From an uncultured Bdellovibrionales bacterium (GTDB lineage Bacteria > Bdellovibrionota_C > UBA2361 > SZUA-149 > DAOLCO01), in NCBI GenBank assembly GCA_964472005.1, contig CAYYIQ010000003.1, forward strand, positions 1-36,795: a stretch of DNA of 36,795 bases, written 5' to 3'. Below, one piece after another: positions 1 through 8,822 of this stretch (positions within the stretch are counted from its first letter, which is position 1; every line of letters starts with the position of its first letter). Position numbers and translations under genes: made by a program. The notes beneath the pieces were generated by a model. The model did not search any database, was not told the origin of the DNA, and worked only from the letters and a program-made list of their open reading frames with translations.

Positions 1-93
1 TCAGGAGTCAACCTAGATGAAGTGATCAAGTTGTTCAAAGAAAAGAATCCAGAAGGTTTTCGAGATTCAAGCTCGGAGTCCTCGCATCTCTAG
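1..93 (+). CDS. 3' end of a gene entering from the left edge (…SGVNLDEVIKLFKEKNPEGFRDSSSESSHL*)
   Basis: Frame 1 is open from base 1 to TAG at 91-93 with protein-like composition. The fragment is too short to assign. Confidence 0.5.
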   Translation, partial: SGVNLDEVIKLFKEKNPEGFRDSSSESSHL

Positions 94-158
94 CTGATGG
101 CGCCTTACTTTCATTTTGGGCCCTTTCAACAAAGATATTAGGAAGCGAGAATCCAAAT

Positions 159-1064
159 GTGTTTCATTATTCTTTAATTTTTGTCGTTTCTGGATTTGGC
201 TATTTAATTTTTGCCTCAATCCTTCCAAGTAATGAAAAAGTTTGGTGTAACAATAAATCATCAATCTACTTAATTGCGCTGTTTTCATTGATCTCAATTC
301 TACAGTTTACTTTAGGGGTTTATCTGTTTGAATATCAAGATGCACAGTTGAGTGTTTCTGCGTTGCTGAGAAATAGTTCTTTGGTGTTCGCAGCAATTAT
401 CTGTCATTTTGCTTATTTGAAACCTGAATATATTCCCGTCAAAAAGATAGACAGATTCGTTTTAGTAGGTATTGGATTTTTCATCCTAGCAAGCTGGTTC
501 TTTGTGGGAGCACCGAGGTCTTCTGCAACATGGATTACGGCATTTAGTATCTGGGGCTTTGTTAGTATTTGGATCGGATTTAATCGTTCAATCACAGAGA
601 TTCTTACCTACTCGATGACACGTAAATCCAATCGCTTTTCTATGAATCTTGGTCTTGGTGTTTGTTTAATTGCGTTTGGTTTTTTTGCTATTTGTGCTCT
701 TAGATTTAGTTCCAATTTTTCGCAGCTAGATACATCGATGAATTCGATCGGTTCGTTGTCTGCTATCGGATGGAGTTCTTTGATAGCGGTTGCTTTAATT
801 ATACCAATAGCGCAAGGTTTTCGATTCACAGCTCTCGAGTATTTAAACGATGTCGTCGGGAAGAAAGGAATTTCAATTTGGATGTTTCTTTTTACCTCTG
901 TGGTATTAGGTTATATTTTTTACGGAGAATCGCTAGAAAGTTTTAAGATTTGCGGTCTAGTCTTCGGACTAATTGCCGTGACATTTTTAGACACAGAGCT
1001 TTTTACTTGGGTGGCAAGATCTCTTAGAGGTCGTTTTCTGGCAAATCCTGACACAAAACAGTAA
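159..1064 (+). CDS. Multi-pass membrane protein, DMT/EamA-like transporter
   Basis: 301 aa with about 10 hydrophobic segments. The C-terminal VVLGYIFYGESLESFKICGLVFGLIAV matches the typical EamA/DMT tail (LG.lflGE.l….lG..l.l.gv). GTG start. Confidence 0.6.
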   Translation: MFHYSLIFVVSGFGYLIFASILPSNEKVWCNNKSSIYLIALFSLISILQFTLGVYLFEYQDAQLSVSALLRNSSLVFAAIICHFAYLKPEYIPVKKIDRFVLVGIGFFILASWFFVGAPRSSATWITAFSIWGFVSIWIGFNRSITEILTYSMTRKSNRFSMNLGLGVCLIAFGFFAICALRFSSNFSQLDTSMNSIGSLSAIGWSSLIAVALIIPIAQGFRFTALEYLNDVVGKKGISIWMFLFTSVVLGYIFYGESLESFKICGLVFGLIAVTFLDTELFTWVARSLRGRFLANPDTKQ

Positions 1065-1226
1065 AAATAATGTTTTCATTTGAGGGGTGTTTTTTTAATA
1101 CCCCAAAATCCATTAAGTTTTAGTTGATATTCGCGGGGCTATTGGACACGAAAACCGAACTAAAGTAGCCCACAAATAAATTCTTATTGATATTGAGGCC
1201 TTTATTTGGATATCTTGTTTGAATCT

Positions 1227-1901
1227 TTAAGATTTTTTGATTGTTGGAGACCTAGTTACAATTTTGTTAACCAGATTATTCAGATCCTCTGTTTCCTTGT
1301 CTTTTCTAAACTGTGTTGTTTCAAGAATTACTTTATTAACAGCTTCGGGAAGTGATGCTTGTTGAATATCGGAATCGATTGGTAGGGCTTTTAAGGCATT
1401 ACTAAAGTTCGTCAATCTTTTTGCAAGTCTGTCTAAGATCAGGCTGAGTTGTCTTGCTCTCCCAACTTTAGCTGTTGCAATACTATCTGTGGTCAACGTT
1501 TTATAGGCCTGAGTGTTAAAATTCTTTTTTGAAAGTTCTAAGGCGGTCTTCAACTCGCCCAACTTGTATGGGAAGCTTAAAAGGTTTGTAATTCCTGCAT
1601 CTTTAGCTTCAAGAGCAAAACTTTCTTCGTCTTTCCTAACCATGACAATGGACGAGATTTTTTCTGTAATTTTATTTTTCTTGAAAAACTCGATCAAGCT
1701 GGTTTTAGTAAGAGATGGTCCGAATATTAAAAAATTAAGATTAGGGGAGGTAAGGAGTGTCTCCGCTTTTATTAGTGATTTTGATTCAGCAACAGAGGCT
1801 GAAATATCCTCTTTTTCTAATGAATTAATTATTTCATCTGCAATTGTTTCATTTGATTCGATTAGTAAAAGATCATAATCGCGAGTCATAGGAATAGTCA
1901 T
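1227..1901 (-). CDS. Atypical (pseudo-)receiver domain protein with helical C-terminus
   Basis: The N-terminus follows the REC pattern (LLLIES…NFLIFGPSL…SIVMV…AKDAGITNLLSFPY..GELKTALE), but the phospho-Asp and conserved Lys positions are not retained. Confidence 0.6.
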   Translation of the reverse strand: MTIPMTRDYDLLLIESNETIADEIINSLEKEDISASVAESKSLIKAETLLTSPNLNFLIFGPSLTKTSLIEFFKKNKITEKISSIVMVRKDEESFALEAKDAGITNLLSFPYKLGELKTALELSKKNFNTQAYKTLTTDSIATAKVGRARQLSLILDRLAKRLTNFSNALKALPIDSDIQQASLPEAVNKVILETTQFRKDKETEDLNNLVNKIVTRSPTIKKS

Positions 1902-2002
1902 TATTGAAATGGGTTAATTAATCAATTTTTTAGATGATCCACCTTGGTAATTCAATTCTAAAAAAACGAATCCTCGATATCCATTTTAAGTGTTTGTTAT
2001 CA

Positions 2003-2710
2003 TTATTGATTTGTTGTGGGGGTGTTACTCGGATTTAAATCTTTGTTTTTAAATTCAAACCTTACGTTTGCAAAAATCCTAATTTCAGTTGGTCCAGAGT
2101 CGATATCTTCAGGACTACTTTCTAATTGGGCACGGATACTGGACGGAGGTGCCTCTTCGGTAATAACTATTTCCTGAATCTTACCTAAGGTTAAATTATT
2201 GGATTTAGCAATCTGTTCAGCTTTTTCTTTAGCGTTTGAAACAGCGTCGGCATAGGCAATCTTAAGATCATTTTCTTTATTGGAAAATCTTGTAGAAAAT
2301 TTCACTATCGTAACTTCTGGGTTGCTCAATAAAAGATCAAGCATTTTTGAAGTGGTCGCAATCGGTGTTATCAAAATGACGTCGTATATTGCTTGAATCG
2401 GAGTGCCGCTTACGAGTTGTTTTGGATTAGATGTTGCACCCATGAATTTTTTGTTAATAACTTTAAGTTTAGAATCGCTATCGACAGATATTTTTTTTAA
2501 ATTATTAAGTAACGAATTTTCTGCTGAAGATACATTTGTTCCATTGCCCTTAAGATTGAACTCAATGATAGCTATGTTTTTTTCAAGAAACACGAAGGAA
2601 GTCCCAGTCGTTTGAATATTGGTCTGCGCAATCAAATTCTTCGAAGATACGCTAATCACAATAATAGAATATATGATGGCCTGTGTAATTGTTCTTAATG
2701 TTTTGTTCAT
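2003..2710 (-). CDS. SIMPL (DUF541) domain exported protein
   Basis: Signal-peptide-like N-terminus. AYADAVSNAKEKAEQIAKSNNLTLGKIQEI and the C-terminal V.F.F strand are characteristic of SIMPL proteins. Confidence 0.75.
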   Translation of the reverse strand: MNKTLRTITQAIIYSIIVISVSSKNLIAQTNIQTTGTSFVFLEKNIAIIEFNLKGNGTNVSSAENSLLNNLKKISVDSDSKLKVINKKFMGATSNPKQLVSGTPIQAIYDVILITPIATTSKMLDLLLSNPEVTIVKFSTRFSNKENDLKIAYADAVSNAKEKAEQIAKSNNLTLGKIQEIVITEEAPPSSIRAQLESSPEDIDSGPTEIRIFANVRFEFKNKDLNPSNTPTTNQ

Positions 2711-2719
2711 TTAAGTTTC

Positions 2720-4039
2720 CTAGAATAGCTTTTCTATCTCCTCTCTATCTAAGGGGATCTCAGAGCTAATTATATCTGAGCCCTTTGCTGTCATTAGGAT
2801 ATCTTCTTCTAATCTAATTCCGATTCCACGTAATGATTTTGGAACCGTCTTGTCATCAGATCTTAGATAAAGTCCCGGTTCTATCGTAAACAACATCCCA
2901 GGTTCGAGTGGCATTAAATAAGAATGACAAGATTGATTTCTAATAATATTAGGACTGATATCGTGAACATCTATTCCAAGCCAATGTCCGGTTCTATGCA
3001 TGTAGTAAGGTTTGTATGCACCTTTTGCATGGAGTTGGTTTACATTTCCACTTAGTATGGAAAGGTCAACCAAACCTCTTGTCAAAGCTCGAGTCGCTGC
3101 ATAGTGAATATCATCAAGTGAGTTCCCTAGAGAAGCTTTCTTGCATGCCTCATCAACGGCATCTTTGACTACGTCATAGACATCCGCTTGTTCTGTTGAG
3201 AACTTTCCTGAAACTGGAAAAACTCTAGTTATGTCGCCAGAGTATCCTTGGAAATCGGCTCCACAGTCAATCAATACCAATTCTTTCTTCCAGAGAGGTG
3301 AAAAGCTTGGTAAATGGTGGAGTGTTGTTGCATTTTTTCCTGCTGCAACAATTGTATTGAATGATGTTCCTTGTGCTCCATATTTTGCGAAAAGGCTTTC
3401 AAGTGAAAGGGCACATTGTTTCTCGTTCTTCATTCCTGATAGAAACGGCAATAATTCTTTTAAAGATCTCGCGGTGATTTCCGATGCTCTTTTTGAAAGA
3501 TGAATCTCCTCTCGATCCTTTATTAAACGCATCGGCGCAGTGAGGAGGCGGGCGTCTTTTAATATCGCAGGTTCATTGAATCTTGGGCTTTGGCTTGATG
3601 ATAAATGTGCGCTAATCAAGCTATCTAAAAGTTTATTAGTACCCAATGAATAGTGAATGTTTTTAGTCGAATGAACGAGTTCTTTAAAGTCAATTCCTAG
3701 TTGTTCTATCGGACGAATATCTTCTATAGAAAATCTTCTTCGAGCTCTTTTTAACCCAAGTGAGGGGCCAATCCACTGTTCCATTAGAGGATCCCGATCC
3801 TTGAGATATAAAATGCTACGCGGCTTGTTATTTCCTCGTAACACTAAAACTGAATTTGGTTCGTTAAATCCTGTTAAATAGTAGAAGTCCGAATCTTGTC
3901 TAAACGGGACTTCTAGATCTCTCGAATGGAATTTTTGAATTCCTGATGAAATAAATACAATATCATCTTTTACTGATTTTAAGATGCTCTTTCGTCTTAG
4001 GTTGTAACGATTTTCTAGTTGCTTTCTTGGATCATTCAT
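2720..4039 (-). CDS. pepP: Xaa-Pro aminopeptidase (M24B)
   Basis: FRQDSDFYYLTGFNEP N-domain. Metal-ligand motifs IDCGA…YSGDITR, HWLGIDVHD, TIEPGLY and GIRLEEDIL. Confidence 0.93.
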   Translation of the reverse strand: MNDPRKQLENRYNLRRKSILKSVKDDIVFISSGIQKFHSRDLEVPFRQDSDFYYLTGFNEPNSVLVLRGNNKPRSILYLKDRDPLMEQWIGPSLGLKRARRRFSIEDIRPIEQLGIDFKELVHSTKNIHYSLGTNKLLDSLISAHLSSSQSPRFNEPAILKDARLLTAPMRLIKDREEIHLSKRASEITARSLKELLPFLSGMKNEKQCALSLESLFAKYGAQGTSFNTIVAAGKNATTLHHLPSFSPLWKKELVLIDCGADFQGYSGDITRVFPVSGKFSTEQADVYDVVKDAVDEACKKASLGNSLDDIHYAATRALTRGLVDLSILSGNVNQLHAKGAYKPYYMHRTGHWLGIDVHDISPNIIRNQSCHSYLMPLEPGMLFTIEPGLYLRSDDKTVPKSLRGIGIRLEEDILMTAKGSDIISSEIPLDREEIEKLF

Positions 4040-4309
4040 CGGTGTAAGTTAATTAGCAGATATAAGTTTCAGTGTAGGAAATTTATATCAAGATAGGTAT
4101 TTCCGCTAGGGGTGAAAGCAGCTTGGGATAATCTCCCAAAGCAAAGTCAGAGTAGGTACCAAGTCACTTTAACTTTTAGATCAGATTTTTGTTTGGGGTC
4201 GGCTTATTGGCTGCTGTGATGCTGCTATACAAAACGTGCTGAGATTTTACTAACAATCAAATTTAAATCGAACGCAGCATATTTACCTAATAGCTATTTG
4301 GTGTTTCTC

Positions 4310-4318
4310 TGGTATAAT
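4310..4318 (+). promoter_or_regulatory. Putative extended -10 promoter (TGgTATAAT) for the lipoprotein-dapA unit
   Basis: Exact TG-n-TATAAT ending 32 nt before ATG 4351, in a divergent intergenic region. Confidence 0.5.
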
Positions 4319-4350
4319 TAACCTTTCTTTATTAATATTATGGCAAATCA

Positions 4351-4839
4351 ATGAAACTTATTCGATCATCAATTATAGTTCTACTGCTTACTCTTTCCTT
4401 ATTTGCATGTGGTAGGAAGTCTCAACCTAAACCTCCCGAAGAAAGAGCTCCTGCGCCAGTTAGAGAGGCTAAAATCGAACCTAGGAGTTCAAGTTTAGTT
4501 TTAAAATGGAAAGCTCCAATTGAAACAGCTAGTGGGGATGAGATTCTTTATCTTGATACTTTCGACGTGTTAAGGAAGGTTAATCGCAAAAATGTTTCGC
4601 CGGATTACAGAGAAATTGCCGTAATCAATGTTAAAGAAGACGAAGTTAGTGATTTCGAATATCAGTTCGAAGATCGTGAGGTCGAACTAGGGACAGTCTA
4701 TGAATATTTAATTGTTCCAAGAGATGGAGAAGGTATTGAGGGAGTACCACAGTTATCTTTGAGAGTTTCTTTCCTAGGGGCTGGCAGTCTAGTCGAATCG
4801 ATACCATTTGTAGTTGAAGGTGAAGAAGATACTAAATAA
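4351..4839 (+). CDS. Lipoprotein with LptM/LppL-like N-terminal motif and fibronectin type III-like domain
   Basis: Lipobox LFAC followed by GRKSQPKPPE. Then P.PV…LVLKWKAP…F.D..VE.G.VYEY.I.P, an FN3-like beta pattern. Confidence 0.65.
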   Translation: MKLIRSSIIVLLLTLSLFACGRKSQPKPPEERAPAPVREAKIEPRSSSLVLKWKAPIETASGDEILYLDTFDVLRKVNRKNVSPDYREIAVINVKEDEVSDFEYQFEDREVELGTVYEYLIVPRDGEGIEGVPQLSLRVSFLGAGSLVESIPFVVEGEEDTK

Positions 4840-4849
4840 AGGAAGTTTT

Positions 4850-5725
4850 ATGTTTAAAGGTATGATGAGTGCGTTAGTCACTCCGTTTAAAGAAGTCGAT
4901 GGTCAAACTGAAATTGATTACGATTCGTATCGGAATCTAGTTGAATGGCAGATTGAGAACGGTGTAGATGGTTTAGTTGTGTACGGAACAACAGGTGAAT
5001 CGCCGACATTGTCAGATGAAGAAAAAATATTGCTGACTAAAAAAACAATTGAAATTGTTGGAGGGAGGCTGCCTATCATAGTTGGAGCAGGTTCAAATTC
5101 AACATCTGGAACGTTGAAGTTCATCGAAGAAATTTCAAAATTAAAAATCGATGGTCTATTAACAGTCGCTCCTTATTATAATCGTCCTACTCAAGAAGGA
5201 TTGTTCGAACATTTTTCTCTTATTGCGAACAAAGCTAGCCTACCAATTGTTTTATACAATGTGCCATCTAGGACCTCAGTGGAAATTTCGATTGATACAA
5301 TTGAAAAACTTTCAAAGAACTCTAATATTGTTGCGATAAAACAAGCTACTGATTCAGTGCAAAATATAACGGAATTGTGCGGCAGGTTGAGTTCAGAGTT
5401 TACTGTTCTAGCCGGTGATGATCCTTTAACAGCATATTGCATGCTTTTAGGTGGAAAGGGAGTTATATCTGCAAGTGGTAGCGTCATTCCTAAAGAAATG
5501 AAATCTATAGTTGCGGCAAGTGATGATGGCGATTATAAAAAAGCAGCTGACATTCAAAAAGAAATATTGCCTAAGATTAATGCAATTTTTTCAGAGACGA
5601 ATCCTACTCCTGCTAAAGCTTTGCTCAAGATGAAGGGGATAATTAAGTCGGACATTGTTCGTTTACCTCTAGTAACAGTGAGAAAAGAAACTCTCGATAA
5701 ATTAAAGAAAGTATTTGAACTATAA
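4850..5725 (+). CDS. dapA: 4-hydroxy-tetrahydrodipicolinate synthase
   Basis: ALVTPF, GTTGESPTL, PYYNRP, LYNVPSRT and the Schiff-base Lys in AIKQA. ATG 4850 chosen because it lies after the upstream stop and an AAGGA. Confidence 0.95.
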   Translation: MFKGMMSALVTPFKEVDGQTEIDYDSYRNLVEWQIENGVDGLVVYGTTGESPTLSDEEKILLTKKTIEIVGGRLPIIVGAGSNSTSGTLKFIEEISKLKIDGLLTVAPYYNRPTQEGLFEHFSLIANKASLPIVLYNVPSRTSVEISIDTIEKLSKNSNIVAIKQATDSVQNITELCGRLSSEFTVLAGDDPLTAYCMLLGGKGVISASGSVIPKEMKSIVAASDDGDYKKAADIQKEILPKINAIFSETNPTPAKALLKMKGIIKSDIVRLPLVTVRKETLDKLKKVFEL

Positions 5726-5793
5726 GTCGATAGATTTTTTTTATAGGGCAAAAGCAGGTCTCTTAGAACTTAATAGCGACCCGGGGAATAGAG

Positions 5794-6525
5794 TTAATGA
5801 AGACTATTTTTATTCCCTTTCTTTGATTCTAGAAATGAAGTTAATTGACTTACTGCTTCTGTGAAGCCATTTAGGGTTTCTAACTCTTTTGATAATGCGG
5901 GAGAGGAGTTTGGGTCAATTATCGGATCTTTAGCATTTTCTCCGACTGCTTTCATCGATTCGTCTAGTCTTGTCAGTAGTGATGTTGCGAGAATTTGAGC
6001 TCTAGAGAGTCCTAGCTTAGCAAATAAAGTTTCGTAAAATTTTAAAGAAAGCTCTTTTGAAGCGAGAATTGAATGGATCAATTGTTCAATAATTAATACT
6101 TCTTCAGCTGCGAATGCAAATCTCTCATCCTGTTTCCTCGCTTCAAAAAATATAAGCGTGGAAATAAAACTTTGACATAATTTTGAAAAATCAGAAATGA
6201 TACTCGCGGGAGCTTTTTTCTCTTCTAGGTAAAGTGCGATACGATTGAGCTGCCTACAAATTCTAATCTGTCTTGTCGCTCGCAATTCCGGATGCCTTAG
6301 ATCAGAAAGTTGACCAACATGACTGTAGGCCAATCTTTTACCCAAGATCTCTTGGTTTGTGATCATATCGGGTTCATTCAGTAGAGTTTCTGCTATGAAG
6401 ATCGGAATTTCTTCGTTCGGGAAGTTTAAATAGTAAAGCAAGCCTCTCAACGCATCCTGATCTAGTCGATCATTCTCGATCGAATCTATCAATAATTTGG
6501 TTAGCTCTTTACTAGAAAAATACAT
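5794..6525 (-). CDS. Hypothetical protein (helix-rich, 243 aa)
   Basis: Long ORF with ATG start, co-oriented 53 nt downstream of mlaA. No motif recognised. Confidence 0.75.
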   Translation of the reverse strand: MYFSSKELTKLLIDSIENDRLDQDALRGLLYYLNFPNEEIPIFIAETLLNEPDMITNQEILGKRLAYSHVGQLSDLRHPELRATRQIRICRQLNRIALYLEEKKAPASIISDFSKLCQSFISTLIFFEARKQDERFAFAAEEVLIIEQLIHSILASKELSLKFYETLFAKLGLSRAQILATSLLTRLDESMKAVGENAKDPIIDPNSSPALSKELETLNGFTEAVSQLTSFLESKKGNKNSLH

Positions 6526-6578
6526 TTCAATCCTTCATATGCCTACTAAATTAAGATGTAATTTTGGGCTAAGAGGTT

Positions 6579-7325
6579 CTATTCATTCCCATAATCAATT
6601 ATATCATCTTCCTCTGGCGCTAATCCATCATAAATTACTGCTTGTCGATCTTGTTGATAGGCATGCTTTATAAATGAATAATAGTCGAGAGACGCCTCTT
6701 TTGCTGCTTGAATAGTTGGTATTAGTCTTGATCTAATGTTTATAAATCTAAGTGTGTTAGCTCCACCTAAGATAAGATTTTTGTCGGCTTGATCAAGATT
6801 TGAATAAGTTACAGCTATAGTCGGTGATAAGAAACTCTCCCCAGCAAAACCAATTCCATCTCGCAAGCTTGATGGTCCTAAGAGCGGCAATACAATGTAT
6901 GCTCCAGGTCCTACTCCCCAGTAACCAAATGCGCTTCCTAGATCTTCATCATGGTGAGGGATTCCCCAATCATTTGCTACGTCAAGTAGACCTAAAACAC
7001 CAACCGTAGAATTAATCGCGAAGCGCTCTAAATGTGTGGCGCTTTGACCAAATTTTAGTTGTAGAATGTCTGATACTAAATAAACCGGAGTATTAAGATT
7101 AATGAAGAAATTTCTAATCGAACGTTGGACTGGGTCGGGAGTTATATAGTCATAACCTTTTGCTATCGGTTCAATAATATTTTCATCTAAAGTGTTGTTG
7201 AACCAAAAAATGCCGCGATTTATGGGTTCAATTGGGTCGGGAATATCTTCGGCTACTGCTGAGGACGTTAGAAATAGAATGGAAAATAATATTGAACTGT
7301 AATTTTTTAAAAGACTTTTTTTCAT
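6579..7325 (-). CDS. mlaA: MlaA/VacJ family phospholipid-asymmetry protein
   Basis: DPIEPINR.IF.FN, RFAINSTVGVLGL.DVA, EDLG..FGYWGVGPGAYIVLPLLGPSSLRD and D.Y..IK.AY.Q.R. Confidence 0.92.
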   Translation of the reverse strand: MKKSLLKNYSSILFSILFLTSSAVAEDIPDPIEPINRGIFWFNNTLDENIIEPIAKGYDYITPDPVQRSIRNFFINLNTPVYLVSDILQLKFGQSATHLERFAINSTVGVLGLLDVANDWGIPHHDEDLGSAFGYWGVGPGAYIVLPLLGPSSLRDGIGFAGESFLSPTIAVTYSNLDQADKNLILGGANTLRFINIRSRLIPTIQAAKEASLDYYSFIKHAYQQDRQAVIYDGLAPEEDDIIDYGNE

Positions 7326-7880
7326 GGTTAAGATTTTCTATTCTATGGTTTGAAGAAATAATAAGTTCTCGTATGTGTTCATGCACTGCGTTACTTAACT
7401 TTCTTATTCTATAAAAGTTAATTTGAGCAATATATAGTTAACATATCGGTTTGAATCGGATAAAGATGAAATTAGATTGTATTCAAGGTAGAAATATCTA
7501 AAAACACTCAATAATTTTTCCTTTAAAAGAATAAACCTGTGCGATTTAGTGTAAATATCAGAAACAATGTGTTTTTAGCACGAATTAAATTGCTTTCTGC
7601 CAGCTTCTCAATGAAATTAGTTTTATATCTGTAAACTCCAGGGGGGAACCCGGGTAATTTAGTGGTTTTATGATGAGTTTGGCAATATCTCTTCATTGAA
7701 TTTAATAGAAGCTTTTTTCTTTTCTTGAAATGCAAACGGATGATATTAAAAGTTGGAAGACCATCTAGGGTTCGAGTCCAACCTTTATTGAAAATGATGC
7801 TATGGTCAACAAATTACGTTTAGTTTAAATTGAAAACTAAAAAAATCTCTAGAAAACTTAATAAATAATTGTGTGAATTT

Positions 7881-8822
7881 ATGTTCGATCACGAGACGTT
7901 AGAGGTGTTTTTCGATGGTAAGTTTATGCCGTTTAAGAATGCAAATGTTTCAATTGCTAATACTGGCTTATTGTACGGCCTTGGTGTCTTCACAGGGATG
8001 CGTGCATTTAAGAATGAGCAGGGAACCCATCTTAATATATTTAGACCTGAAGCTCATTACAAAAGAATGCTCAATTCTTGCAAACTTCTGCGATACGATG
8101 ATTTTAAGAAAAATTTTAGTGAAAAGAAATTTACCGATACTATAAAAGATCTACTTTTAAAAAATTCGATAAAAGAAGACGCTTATATTCGGATTACTAA
8201 CTTTTCTTTTGAGAATAAGATTACTCCAAAACTTTCTGGCTATCGAGAAAATCTATCAATGTTTTTATATCCTCTCGGTGACTATGTTCCAACAACTGGG
8301 ATGAAATGTTGTGTGTCAAGTTGGACGAGAGTAAAAGATTCTTCTATTCCTGCTCGCGCCAAAATTACCGGCTTGTATGTTAATACGGCTTTAGCAAAAG
8401 CCGAAGCACTGAATAATGGTTATGATGAGGCACTTTTTCAAAACCATAATGGGAATATCGTAGAAGGAAGTGCCGAAAACATCTTCATTGTTAGAGATGG
8501 ATTGTTAATTACACCTCCTCCATCAGACGAAATTTTGGAGGGGATTACCAGACAATCAATAATGGAAATTGCCAAAGATAAGGGGATCGATGTTGTCGAA
8601 CGCTCAATCGCTCGTTCCGAATTGGTTTTTGCTGATGAGGTTTTTTTGACCGGAACAGGTGCAAAAGTATCACCAGTAATCGAGATTGATAAGTATTTAG
8701 TTGGAGATGGTAGTGTAGGACCAATTTCAAAGTTGATGCAAGAAACCTACCTCAACGCTGCCCGAGGTTTAGACTCTAATTACAAACATTGGGTCGAAGC
8801 AGTTGAGGTCAAAAATGCTTAA
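7881..8822 (+). CDS. ilvE: Branched-chain amino acid aminotransferase (class IV)
   Basis: LLYGLGVFTGMRA, PLP-Lys in PARAKITGLYVN, GYDEAL, EGSAENIF and ILEGITR. Confidence 0.85.
   Translation: MFDHETLEVFFDGKFMPFKNANVSIANTGLLYGLGVFTGMRAFKNEQGTHLNIFRPEAHYKRMLNSCKLLRYDDFKKNFSEKKFTDTIKDLLLKNSIKEDAYIRITNFSFENKITPKLSGYRENLSMFLYPLGDYVPTTGMKCCVSSWTRVKDSSIPARAKITGLYVNTALAKAEALNNGYDEALFQNHNGNIVEGSAENIFIVRDGLLITPPPSDEILEGITRQSIMEIAKDKGIDVVERSIARSELVFADEVFLTGTGAKVSPVIEIDKYLVGDGSVGPISKLMQETYLNAARGLDSNYKHWVEAVEVKNA

Noticed and set aside
1084-1104. GGGGTGTT…AATACCCC hairpin after the DMT-like gene
   Set aside because: No U-tract follows on either strand, so it was not called as a terminator.
4095-4290. 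GC-richer stretch with hairpin GCTTGGGA…TCCCAAAGC upstream of the lipoprotein-dapA unit (lysine or TPP riboswitch?)
   Set aside because: Conserved cores of the lysine, TPP, c-di-GMP and c-di-AMP riboswitches are not present, and it lies upstream of the putative -10. An Infernal/Rfam scan would settle it.
7523-7735. 70-aa minus-strand ORF between mlaA and ilvE
   Set aside because: TTG start, AT-driven composition, no motif or SD.
7748-7786. GGGTTCGAGTCC resembling a tRNA T-loop inside an imperfect hairpin
   Set aside because: The T-stem pairs for only 2 bp. No D-arm, anticodon arm or acceptor stem can be built.
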